Part shown: piece after piece, positions 1-7,536 of the stretch
Position numbering within the stretch: position 1 is the first letter of the stretch
How the letters are laid out: every line of letters starts with the position of its first letter
NCBI GenBank assembly: GCA_016184305.1
Contig: JACPCX010000185.1
Coordinates: 16,046 to 80,045 of the forward strand
DNA: 64,000 bases
DNA from: Candidatus Rokuibacteriota bacterium
GTDB lineage: Bacteria; Methylomirabilota; Methylomirabilia; Rokubacteriales; CSP1-6
Direction: 5' to 3'
The notes under the pieces: generated by a model
What the model saw: the letters and a program-made list of their open reading frames with translations, nothing else
What the model was told of the DNA's origin: nothing
Databases searched by the model: none
Position numbers and translations under genes: made by a program

Positions 1-1
1 C

Positions 2-790
2 ACGGCCGCCGACTGCGCCCTGATGCTGGGGGCCATGGCGGGCTATGACCCGCGCGATCCGACCACGAGCGTGCTTCCCGTGCCGGACTACACGGCGGCC
101 TTGACGGGGCAGGTCAAGGGGCTCCGTGTCGGGGTGCTCCGCTCGTTCTTCCTCGAGTCCACGGGGGTGGCGCTGCGCCACGCGGTGGAGGAGGCCGTGA
201 AGGTGCTCGAGGGGCTGGGGGCGACCATCCAGGACGTGAACCTGGAGACAGCACAGTTCACGCCCGGCGCTTCCTACGCGGTGCTCTCCTCGGAGGCGTA
301 CGCCTACCACGAGGCCTGGCTCAGGGAGCGACCGGCGGACTATGGTGACGACGTGCGCCAGCGGCTGCGCGTCGGCGCCTTCATCTCGGCAGCCGAGTAT
401 CTGAAGGGCCAGCAGGCCCGCGCACTGATCCGCCGCGAGGTGGATGGCGCTCTCGCGAAGGCGGATGTGCTGGTCTGTGCCACGACGCCGATCGTGGCGA
501 CGGCGGTGGGCCAGAGCGAGGTCACGGTGGAGCACGAGAAGCTGGCCGTGCGCGCGAGCCTGATCCGGTTCACGCGCCCGTTCAACCTGACCGGCCACCC
601 CGCGGCCTCCATCCCGTGCGGCTTCACCGCGGCGGGGCTGCCGGTGGGACTGCAGATCATCGGGCGGCCCTTCGACGAGGCGACGGTGCTCCGGGTGGCC
701 GACGCCTATCAGCGCGCGACGGACTGGCACACGCGCCGCCCCCCGGTGGATCAGCCGCGGCCTGCCGCGCCCGAGGGGCGGCCAGCGTGA
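2..790 (+). CDS. Amidase family protein, C-terminal portion (5' end outside window)
   Basis: Frame of track ORF 23..790 stays open to the window edge. C-terminal amidase-family region (...FNLTGHPAASIPCGF...GLPVGLQIIGRPFDEATVLRVA...). Confidence 0.85.
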   Translation, partial: TAADCALMLGAMAGYDPRDPTTSVLPVPDYTAALTGQVKGLRVGVLRSFFLESTGVALRHAVEEAVKVLEGLGATIQDVNLETAQFTPGASYAVLSSEAYAYHEAWLRERPADYGDDVRQRLRVGAFISAAEYLKGQQARALIRREVDGALAKADVLVCATTPIVATAVGQSEVTVEHEKLAVRASLIRFTRPFNLTGHPAASIPCGFTAAGLPVGLQIIGRPFDEATVLRVADAYQRATDWHTRRPPVDQPRPAAPEGRPA

Positions 791-837
791 CGACGGGGCC
801 CGACGTCCTCCCGGGGACGGCTGTGCCTTGCACTGCC

Positions 838-1113
838 ATGGATGACGAAGACCCAACCGTCGTTCCGATCGAGGATGCGCTCGACCTCCACACCTTCGCT
901 CCTCGCGATATCCCCTCCGTCGTCGAGGCCTATCTCGAGGAGGCGGTGACGCGCGGCTTCGCGGAGGTGCGGCTCATCCACGGGAAGGGCAAGGGCGTGC
1001 AGCGTGCAGTGGTCCAGCGGCTCCTGGACAGGCATCCGCTGGTGCTGCGCTTCTTCGATGCCCCCGAGGAACGTGGCGGCTGGGGGGCGACGGTGGTGGT
1101 GCTGCGCCGCTAG
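838..1113 (+). CDS. Smr domain protein (small MutS-related nuclease domain)
   Basis: Last 91 aa of track ORF 616..1113: LDLHTF...VRLIHGKGKGVQRAVV...GGWGATVVVL. ATG at 838; an in-frame GTG at 787 overlapping the amidase stop is an alternative start. Confidence 0.8.
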   Translation: MDDEDPTVVPIEDALDLHTFAPRDIPSVVEAYLEEAVTRGFAEVRLIHGKGKGVQRAVVQRLLDRHPLVLRFFDAPEERGGWGATVVVLRR

Positions 1114-1282
1114 CGGGCTGCTGAACAAGGCCCATCTGCGGAGGTACGGCGCCCTCGGCCGCGCGCTCAACGTGGCTCGCTCACGCTCGCCCGGATTGAG
1201 TACGCCTCGCGTGCGGCCGTCGGGCGCCGCCTCGCATCTGGGCCTTTTTGAGCAGCCCGCAAGGTTTTTCCGCATCCTGCTA
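1114..1282. repeat. ~170-bp intergenic mosaic repeat element (copy A) with 19-nt imperfect terminal inverted repeats
   Basis: GGGCTGCTGAACAAGGCCC (1115..1133) versus GGGCCTTTTTGAGCAGCCC (1240..1258) are 17/19 complementary. The reverse complement aligns block-wise with 39552..39699. Core GGCTCGCTCACGCTCGCCCGGAT is shared with 47917..47940. Confidence 0.7.
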
Positions 1283-2056
1283 GCCCTTGCCGGCGCGGAT
1301 CAGCATCATCCGGTCGGCGAAGGACCGGATCCTCCCGTCCTCCACGGTGAAGCTGAACGCCTCGCGGCATCGCGCCGGCGCGTCCAGGACGAAGCGGTCG
1401 AGGTGGGCCCTGGCCTCGGCGCTCATGCGCATGCGGCCGGTCCACTCCTCCCACGGCCGCCCCTTGGTGACGATGGCCTCCTCGATGACCGTGAAGCCGG
1501 CCACGGTGAGACAGTCCGTCCATTCCCGCTGGCTGAGGGAGCGCACATGGGAGGGGTCGCGGCGCTTCTCCACCTCGAGGATGAAGCCCGCCAGCTCCGG
1601 ATCGTCGTGGCCCAGGATGTCCTGCAGGAGGAACGACCCGCCGGGACGCAGCACGCGAGCCACCTGCTGGAGCGCCAGCGGGACGGCGGGGAAGTGATGA
1701 GCCGCGATGCGGCAGGTGACCACGCCGAAGCTCGCGTCCCGGAATGGCAGCGCATCCGCGTCGGCGCCGAGGAAGCGGATGGTCGTCATGCCCTGCGAGG
1801 CGGCGAAGGCGCGCGCCGCCAGCAGCATCGGCTCGGTGAGGTCGGTGGCCACCACGGTCGGGGTGAAGGCCGAGAAGGCCAGCGCCGTATGGCCGCCGCC
1901 CGTGGCGACGTCGAGCACGCGGGTCTGCCCGGTGGCGCGCCCCCACGCCAGGAGGCGCTCGAGGTCGGGGCCGCCCGCGTGCCCGGCGCTCCGGACATAG
2001 GCCTCGGCGGTGGCGCCGAACCGGGCCTGCACCTGCCCCTTGTGCGGGTCGGGCAC
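1280..2056 (-). CDS. Class I SAM-dependent methyltransferase (UbiE/Methyltransf_11-like)
   Basis: 258-aa track ORF. SAM motif I VLDVATGGGHTA, then ...VLRPGGSFLLQD... Confidence 0.85.
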   Translation of the reverse strand: MPDPHKGQVQARFGATAEAYVRSAGHAGGPDLERLLAWGRATGQTRVLDVATGGGHTALAFSAFTPTVVATDLTEPMLLAARAFAASQGMTTIRFLGADADALPFRDASFGVVTCRIAAHHFPAVPLALQQVARVLRPGGSFLLQDILGHDDPELAGFILEVEKRRDPSHVRSLSQREWTDCLTVAGFTVIEEAIVTKGRPWEEWTGRMRMSAEARAHLDRFVLDAPARCREAFSFTVEDGRIRSFADRMMLIRAGKG

Positions 2057-2060
2057 GGTA

Positions 2061-2237
2061 TCAGGCTTTCGGCCGGCCGGCGAGGTGGCGGAGGAGGAAG
2101 TCGGCGTCGAGGGGAGTCAGATCGAAGCGGCGGCTCGCCTCATCGAGGAGCTTGACCCGGTCCGCCGCCGGATTGTCGCGCACCTGCTCGTCGATCCACG
2201 TGATGGCCTGCTTGATCGGGGCCTCGCCTGCGGCCAT
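2061..2237 (-). CDS. Hypothetical small protein (58 aa)
   Basis: Below the track length cutoff. ATG 2235..2237 to TGA 2061..2063: MAAGEAPIKQAITWIDEQVRDNPAADRVKLLDEASRRFDLTPLDADFLLRHLAGRPKA. Strong G/C third-position bias. Exactly fills the gap between the Zn-ribbon stop and the methyltransferase start. Confidence 0.45.
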   Translation of the reverse strand: MAAGEAPIKQAITWIDEQVRDNPAADRVKLLDEASRRFDLTPLDADFLLRHLAGRPKA

Positions 2238-2244
2238 TCAGCGC

Positions 2245-2553
2245 CTACCCGAAGATCTTCTTGAGCCCGCCGAGGAAACCGCTTCCCTCTCCTTGCGCGA
2301 GCACCTGGTCCAGCTCGCCGTAATCGAACCAGAGCCCCCCGCAGGCCGAGCACTTGTCCAGCTCCACCTTGCGGTACGTGATGGTCACCAGCGGCGCGGC
2401 GCACTTGGGGCAGCGGTTACGGGCCACCGCGAGCACGCGCTGCCGCTCCGCCGCCTCGGTGCTGCTCTCGGCATCGGCCAGCACCTTCTTCCGCCGCTCG
2501 AACTCGAGCCGCGCGAAGTACTCCTCTTCCTGCTCGCTGGGTGTGACGGGCAT
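2245..2553 (-). CDS. Zinc-ribbon domain protein (TFIIB-type zf / COG3809-like)
   Basis: 102 aa. Four-Cys ribbon CPKC...CSACGGLWFDYGELD. GAGGGAGGG Shine-Dalgarno upstream. Confidence 0.75.
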   Translation of the reverse strand: MPVTPSEQEEEYFARLEFERRKKVLADAESSTEAAERQRVLAVARNRCPKCAAPLVTITYRKVELDKCSACGGLWFDYGELDQVLAQGEGSGFLGGLKKIFG

Positions 2554-2633
2554 GGCGGTTCCCTCCCTCGCTTACGGCGCGCCCCGGGCCCGCGGATGGG
2601 CGCACCGGAGGCGCGCCATCGGATCGAGTCTGG

Positions 2634-2930
2634 CTACGTGCCGGTCTCGCGCTCGTACTTCGTCTTCCAGTCCTTGTTGAGATCCTCGACGCCCGGGATG
2701 ACCTTGATGGTGCTCCACGCGGCGCGGGCCGCGCCGCGCATGGCGTAGTAGAGGGTCTCGCTCAGCTCGTCGTCGGTGGCTCCGGCTTGCTTCGCGGCCG
2801 CGAAGCGTCCGGGCACTCAGGACGTGCAGCCGGCCGCCGCCATGGCGGCCAGCGCCACGAGCTGCATGGTCTTGGGGTCGAGGGCCCCCTCCCGGTAATA
2901 CAGACTCGCGAACTCCTTCATCTCGGCCAT
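2634..2930 (-). CDS. AhpD-like / carboxymuconolactone decarboxylase family protein with in-frame TGA (candidate selenocysteine, C-T-S-U motif)
   Basis: Track ORFs 2634..2816 and the tail of 2817..3686 share one frame and are separated only by TGA 2817..2819. The joined 98 codons follow the family pattern LDPKT..L..A...AAGCxx[C/U]....A...GATDDEL. ATG 2928..2930 has AGGAGGG 5 nt upstream. Confidence 0.65.
2782..2812 (-). promoter_or_regulatory. SECIS-like hairpin immediately 3' of the in-frame UGA
   Basis: mRNA reads UGA GUG CCGG-ACG-CUUCGC-GGCC-GCGAAG-CAAG-CCGG: 4-bp lower stem, internal loop, 6-7-bp upper stem, G-containing tetraloop about 18 nt after the UGA. Confidence 0.5.
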
Positions 2931-2980
2931 TGGTCCCTCCTGGGTGTGGGTGGTGGCATGCCGGGTCAGTATACCCCGCG

Positions 2981-3715
2981 CTACAGGTCTCGGACGAGGC
3001 GGCGGGCGCGATCCAGGTTCTTCCGGTAGGCGTCGAAGGAGTTCTCGAGCTGCGGCGGTCGGCCCGATCGGCGGTCGAGCGTGAAGCACGAGAAGGTGAT
3101 GTCGTGGGCCAGCGGGAAATCCCGGTAGAGATGGCCGGAGACCTTCTGCGGGTTCTCGGAGCGGGTGATCTCGAAGTCCTCGTGCTCCCGGAGCGGGGGG
3201 ATGCGCTCCCCGTGCTTGGTCCGCACCCACTTCATCGTGCCCCCGAGGAGGTAGGAGAGGAACAGGCAGTCCACGAGCATGGACTCCGTCCAGGGGATGG
3301 CCTTCTGGTATCCGGCAACGAAGCGGGCGCCGGTGCGGACGAGGAAGTCGCGGGCCGTGTCCGGCGTCACGAAGTCGCAGGCCCCGAAGATGTAGCCGAT
3401 GCGGCGACTGAGCCGGCAATGCTCGACGAGGGCGGAGAGCCGGATGACACGGTTGCCGATGCCCATCAGGGTGCGCCGCTTCCCATGGGAGGCGATGTAG
3501 CAAACCTGGAAGGAGGATCGCCGCCGGCGCACCTCCTCCAGGAGCAGGCCCAGGTCGTAGTTGCTGTAGAAGCGGCGATAGACGAGGTTGACGCGGATGC
3601 CCTCCCAGGCGAGTGACTGCTTGATGGCCTTGAGGTAGGGCAGCACCGAGGGCTCGTCCTCGAGGAGCTGCCCCTGCCGATTCCACATGGACTCCAGCAC
3701 GACGAGACCGGGCAT
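2981..3715 (-). CDS. Hypothetical protein with caspase-fold/CHAT-like His-Cys dyad
   Basis: C-terminal 244 aa of track ORF 2981..5446, from ATG 3713..3715. ...FQVCYIASHGKRR... (His77-Gly) and ...IGYIFGACDFV... (Cys113), then GARFVAGYQKAIPW. Visibly lower GC than its neighbours. Confidence 0.6.
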   Translation of the reverse strand: MPGLVVLESMWNRQGQLLEDEPSVLPYLKAIKQSLAWEGIRVNLVYRRFYSNYDLGLLLEEVRRRRSSFQVCYIASHGKRRTLMGIGNRVIRLSALVEHCRLSRRIGYIFGACDFVTPDTARDFLVRTGARFVAGYQKAIPWTESMLVDCLFLSYLLGGTMKWVRTKHGERIPPLREHEDFEITRSENPQKVSGHLYRDFPLAHDITFSCFTLDRRSGRPPQLENSFDAYRKNLDRARRLVRDL

Positions 3716-3770
3716 GGGAGGGTCATGGTACCACGCCGAGAATGGGGGCCCATTGGATGATCGGAGATAC

Positions 3771-3782
3771 AGCCAATTGGCT
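3771..3782. promoter_or_regulatory. Perfect 12-nt palindrome AGCCAATTGGCT in a divergent AT-richer intergenic region (candidate operator)
   Basis: Lies between the divergent CHAT-like gene (start 3715) and the MocR regulator (start 3830). Flanked by TACAG/CTGTA arms and repeated ATTGG/AATGG/TATGG motifs. Confidence 0.35.
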
Positions 3783-3829
3783 CTGTACTTTCGTTGAGAG
3801 CTGACGAGAATGGCTGGTATGGTGGGGCC

Positions 3830-5365
3830 ATGAGGATTCCTCTCGAACGGGGAGCAGTCGGGGGTGGGCGAGTCCCGCTGTCCCGCCAGATCCAGAGCCA
3901 CCTCGAGCGGCTGATCAAGGAAGGGAAGCTGGCCCCCGGCGTCAAGCTGCTGGCCACCCGGGAACTGGCGCACGATCTCGGGGTCAACCGGACCACCGTG
4001 GCCACGGCCTACGAGGAGCTGATCGCCGCGGGCTGGGCCCGAGCGCATGTGGGGCAGGGCACCTTCGTCGCGGAGCGGGTGCCGGCCTTCGGGGAGCCGG
4101 CCCCCATCAGCGCGCAGAAGCTCGATTGGTCCGGGTTCCTGTCCAAGCGGGCGCAGGTCGTGGCCGCCGACATGCACCGGCGACGGGCCTACGGCCAGCT
4201 CGCCCGGCCGGCCCCCGGCACCATCTCCTTCGCCGGCGGCATGCCCGACAGCACACTGTTCCCGACTGACGCGTTCCGCCGGGTCCTCAACCGGGTCATC
4301 ACCCAGGAGGGGCGAGAGCTGCTCCAGTACTACGCTCCCGGAGGCTACCCGCCGCTGCGCCGATACCTGGCGGGCTATCTCCTGCGCTTCGGGGTCGAGG
4401 CGCGCCCGGAGGAGATCCTCATCGTCAATGGCTCGCAGCAGGGCTTTGATCTCGTCGCCCGCACCCTGCTCGATCCCGGTGATCTGGTGGCCATCGAGCA
4501 GCCGTCCTACCCGCGCGCCATGCAGGTGTTCCGCTCGTTCGGGGCAGCGCTCGTGCCGGTCCCGCTGACGGAGGCGGGGCTCTCTGTGCCCCATCTGGAG
4601 CGTCTGCTGGAGCGCCAGACTCCCAAGCTCCTGTACTGCCAGCCGAGTGCCCACAACCCCACCGGGCTCACCATGAGCCTGGCCGTGCGGCAGCGCCTCC
4701 TCGAGGTGGCGGCCAGGCACCGGTTGCCCATCGTCGAGGATGGCTTCGATGGGACTCTCTTCTATGGCGAGCGCCCCCCGGGCCCGCTCAAGGCCATGGA
4801 CATGGCGGGACTCGTGGTCTATATCGGGACCTTCTCCAAGATCCTCTTCCCCGGGCTCCGGCTGGGCTGGATCGTCGCCCCGCCGGCGCTGATCGAGCGG
4901 CTCGAGATGGCCAAGCAGCTGGCCGACATCCACACGAGCCCGCTGCTGCAGGCGGCCGTCTACCATTTCTGCGAGAGGCGGCACCTGGAGCGGCACCAGG
5001 CGCGAGCGCTCCGGGAATACGCGCGGCGCCGGGAGACGCTCCTGGACGGGCTTCGCCGCCTCATGCCGCCCGGGGTCACATGGACCGAGACCGCGGGAGG
5101 ATTCTCGCTGCTGCTGACACTTCCCGAGGGCCTGGAGACGGCCGCCCTGCTCCCGCGAGCGCAGGCGCGCGGGGTGACCTTCACGCCTGGCGATGCCTTC
5201 TTCATCGACGGCGGGGGCGAACGCTCGCTCCGGCTCTCCTTCTCGGCCGTGCCGGTGTCGCAGATCGACGACGGGATGAAGCGGCTCGGGGACGCGATCC
5301 GGGATCTCGGGCGTCACCCCGACCACGCGGCGCGCGAGCCCGAGCTCTCCGTGCCCCTCGTGTGA
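3830..5365 (+). CDS. MocR/PdxR-type GntR family regulator with aminotransferase-like domain
   Basis: N-terminal wHTH ...LLATRELAHDLGVNRTTVATAYEELIAAGW... plus a fold-type-I PLP domain (...TFSKILFPGLRLGWIVAP...). ATG 3830 preferred over the track start at 3794. Confidence 0.85.
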   Translation: MRIPLERGAVGGGRVPLSRQIQSHLERLIKEGKLAPGVKLLATRELAHDLGVNRTTVATAYEELIAAGWARAHVGQGTFVAERVPAFGEPAPISAQKLDWSGFLSKRAQVVAADMHRRRAYGQLARPAPGTISFAGGMPDSTLFPTDAFRRVLNRVITQEGRELLQYYAPGGYPPLRRYLAGYLLRFGVEARPEEILIVNGSQQGFDLVARTLLDPGDLVAIEQPSYPRAMQVFRSFGAALVPVPLTEAGLSVPHLERLLERQTPKLLYCQPSAHNPTGLTMSLAVRQRLLEVAARHRLPIVEDGFDGTLFYGERPPGPLKAMDMAGLVVYIGTFSKILFPGLRLGWIVAPPALIERLEMAKQLADIHTSPLLQAAVYHFCERRHLERHQARALREYARRRETLLDGLRRLMPPGVTWTETAGGFSLLLTLPEGLETAALLPRAQARGVTFTPGDAFFIDGGGERSLRLSFSAVPVSQIDDGMKRLGDAIRDLGRHPDHAAREPELSVPLV

Positions 5366-5385
5366 GAGCGACAGGAGGATCCCAG

Positions 5386-6549
5386 GTGAACTTCCACACT
5401 CTGGCAGCCCGCGGCGGGCGCGACGTGCCCTCGGCCAGCCGCCCACTCACCGCGCCGATCTACCAGACCAACGTCTACGCCTTCGAGGACATGGAGACGG
5501 TGGAGTCAGTGTGGGAAGGCAAGATCTCGGGGTACGTCTACGGGCGCTACGGCACCGGCAACCACAGCATGATCGAGGATCTGGTGGCAGGGCTCGAGGG
5601 GGCCGAGGCCGCCGTGGCCTGCGCCTCCGGGATGGGGGCGACGACGGCGCTGCTCCTGGGTCTCTTCGCGGCGGGCGACCACCTGGTGGCGGCGCGGGAT
5701 CTGTACGGGACCACGGCCTCCTTCCTCACGTCCGAGGGCAGGCGGCTCGGGATCGAGACGACGTTCGTGGACGCGACCGACGCGGAACGAGTCCTCGGAG
5801 CCCTGCGGCCCAACACCAAGGCCGTTTTCGTCGAGGCCCTGTCGAACCCGCTGCTCCGGCTCGCTGACCTGCCCGTCCTGGCGCCTCTGCTCGAGCGGAG
5901 AGGTGTCGAGCTGATCGTCGATGCGTCCATGGCCTCACCGGCCGTCTGCCGTCCCATCGAGCACGGCGCCACCGTGGTCATGCACAGCCTGACCAAGTTC
6001 ATCTCCGGCCACGGCGACGTGACGGGCGGGATGGTGCTGGGCCGCAAGGAGGCCATGGGCCGCTGTCGCGAGGCGATGATTCGCGCGGGGACCAATCTCG
6101 GGCCCTTCGACGCGTGGCTCGCGGTGCGCGGGGCGCGGACGCTCGGGGTGCGGCTCGAGCGGCAGTCGGCGACGGCGCTGTCGCTGGCGCAGTTCCTCGA
6201 GCCACATCCCGCCGTGGCGCGCGCCCACTACCCAGGGCTCGCGACCCATCCGCAGCAGGCGCTCGCCAGGCGGCTGATGCCGGGGCCCATGGGCGCCATC
6301 CTGTCCTTCGACCTGCGGGGTGGGGCTCTCGCCGTCGGGCGCTTCATGGCGCGGGCGCGGCTCATGGAGTTCGCGCCGAGCTTCGGAGATGTGGCGACGA
6401 CCTGGACCTATCCGGCGCGCACGTCCCATCGCCGCGTCTCCGACGAGGACAAGGCGGCCATGGGGATCGGCCCCGGCCTCGTACGCCTCTCCGTCGGCCT
6501 CGAGGACCCCACCGACCTGATCGAGGACCTCACCCAAGCCCTCGAATAG
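5386..6549 (+). CDS. Cys/Met-metabolism PLP-dependent enzyme (cystathionine gamma-synthase/lyase family)
   Basis: Latter part of track ORF 5080..6549. ...APIYQTNVYAF..., PLP-lysine context MHSLTKFISGHGDV. GTG 5386 with AGGAGGA upstream. Confidence 0.85.
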   Translation: MNFHTLAARGGRDVPSASRPLTAPIYQTNVYAFEDMETVESVWEGKISGYVYGRYGTGNHSMIEDLVAGLEGAEAAVACASGMGATTALLLGLFAAGDHLVAARDLYGTTASFLTSEGRRLGIETTFVDATDAERVLGALRPNTKAVFVEALSNPLLRLADLPVLAPLLERRGVELIVDASMASPAVCRPIEHGATVVMHSLTKFISGHGDVTGGMVLGRKEAMGRCREAMIRAGTNLGPFDAWLAVRGARTLGVRLERQSATALSLAQFLEPHPAVARAHYPGLATHPQQALARRLMPGPMGAILSFDLRGGALAVGRFMARARLMEFAPSFGDVATTWTYPARTSHRRVSDEDKAAMGIGPGLVRLSVGLEDPTDLIEDLTQALE

Positions 6550-6575
6550 CCGTCCCGGTTGACAGGACGCCCCGA

Positions 6576-6633
6576 TGAGCGCCAGAGGCGCGAAGAGGCC
6601 CAACGGCCAAACCGAAGTCATCCACATTCAGGC
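6576..6633 (+). repeat. Class I 62-nt-family repeat, single copy
   Basis: ATGAGCGCCAGAGGCGCGAAGAGGCCCAACGGCCAAACCGAAGTCATCCACATTCAGGC. Same family as 37889.., 48572.. and 54271.. Sits between the CGS-like gene and pdxS. Confidence 0.75.
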
Positions 6634-6654
6634 AAGATAAAGGAGAACCAAGAC

Positions 6655-7536
6655 ATGGAAATCGGGACACTGAGGCTCAAGGTAGGACTGGCCGAGATGC
6701 TCAAGGGCGGCGTCATCATGGACGTCACCAACGCCGAGCAGGCGAAGATCGCCGAGGACGCGGGCGCCGTGGCCGTGATGGCGCTCGAGCGGGTGCCGTC
6801 CGATATCCGCCGCGACGGCGGGGTGGCGCGCATGTCACCGGTGAAGAAGATCAGAGAGATCCAGGCGGCGGTCTCCATCCCCGTCATGGCCAAGTGCCGT
6901 ATCGGGCACTTCGTGGAAGCGCAGATCCTGGAGGCGCTGGGCGTGGACTACATCGACGAGTCCGAGGTCCTCACCCCGGCCGACGAGCACTTCCACGTGG
7001 ACAAGTTCGCCTTCAAGGTGCCGTTCGTGTGCGGCTGCCGCGATCTCGGGGAGGCGCTCAGGCGCATCGGCGAGGGCGCCGCGATGATCCGCACCAAGGG
7101 GGAGGCCGGCTCCGGGAACATCGTCGAGGCGGTGCGCCACATGCGGGCCGTGGTGTCCGGCATCAAGCGGCTCACGACCCTCGGCCAGGAGGAGCTCATG
7201 ACGGAGGCGAAGAACCTGGGCGCTCCCTACGAGCTCGTGCGCTGGATTTCCCAGCACGGCATGCTGCCGGTGCCGAACTTCTCGGCCGGCGGCATCGCGA
7301 CGCCCGCGGACGCCGCCCTCATGATGCAGCTCGGCGCCCAGGCAGTGTTCGTGGGGTCGGGCATTTTCAAGTCCGCGGATCCGGCCGTGCGGGCCCGCGC
7401 CATTGTCCAGGCCACGACCCACTTCAAGGATCCTGACATGCTGGCCAAGGTCTCGGAGGATCTCGGCGAGGCCATGCCGGGCATCGAGACCTCCAAGCTC
7501 AAGGAGTCCGAGCTTCTTCAAACCCGGGGATGGTAG
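6655..7536 (+). CDS. pdxS: Pyridoxal 5'-phosphate synthase lyase subunit PdxS
   Basis: ...[35 protein letters not shown]...[16 protein letters not shown]... ATG 6655 with AAGGAG upstream. The track start at 6559 lies inside the repeat. Confidence 0.95.
   Translation: MEIGTLRLKVGLAEMLKGGVIMDVTNAEQAKIAEDAGAVAVMALERVPSDIRRDGGVARMSPVKKIREIQAAVSIPVMAKCRIGHFVEAQILEALGVDYIDESEVLTPADEHFHVDKFAFKVPFVCGCRDLGEALRRIGEGAAMIRTKGEAGSGNIVEAVRHMRAVVSGIKRLTTLGQEELMTEAKNLGAPYELVRWISQHGMLPVPNFSAGGIATPADAALMMQLGAQAVFVGSGIFKSADPAVRARAIVQATTHFKDPDMLAKVSEDLGEAMPGIETSKLKESELLQTRGW

Noticed and set aside
3716-5446. N-terminal ~577 aa of track ORF 2981..5446 (minus)
   Set aside because: This part is antisense to the MocR regulator and has shadow-ORF composition. 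Only the last 244 aa (from ATG 3715) look like a real protein, so I truncated the call.
6559-6654. Repeat-encoded N-terminal extensions proposed by the track for pdxS (6559), pdxT (7403), hslU (54403), the YbgF-like gene (48572) and psd (23895)
   Set aside because: In each case the extension lies in a repeat unit or the preceding gene. A conserved family N-terminus with its own start codon follows, preceded by a Shine-Dalgarno sequence where I checked (pdxS, pdxT). hemL is the exception, because no alternative start exists there.
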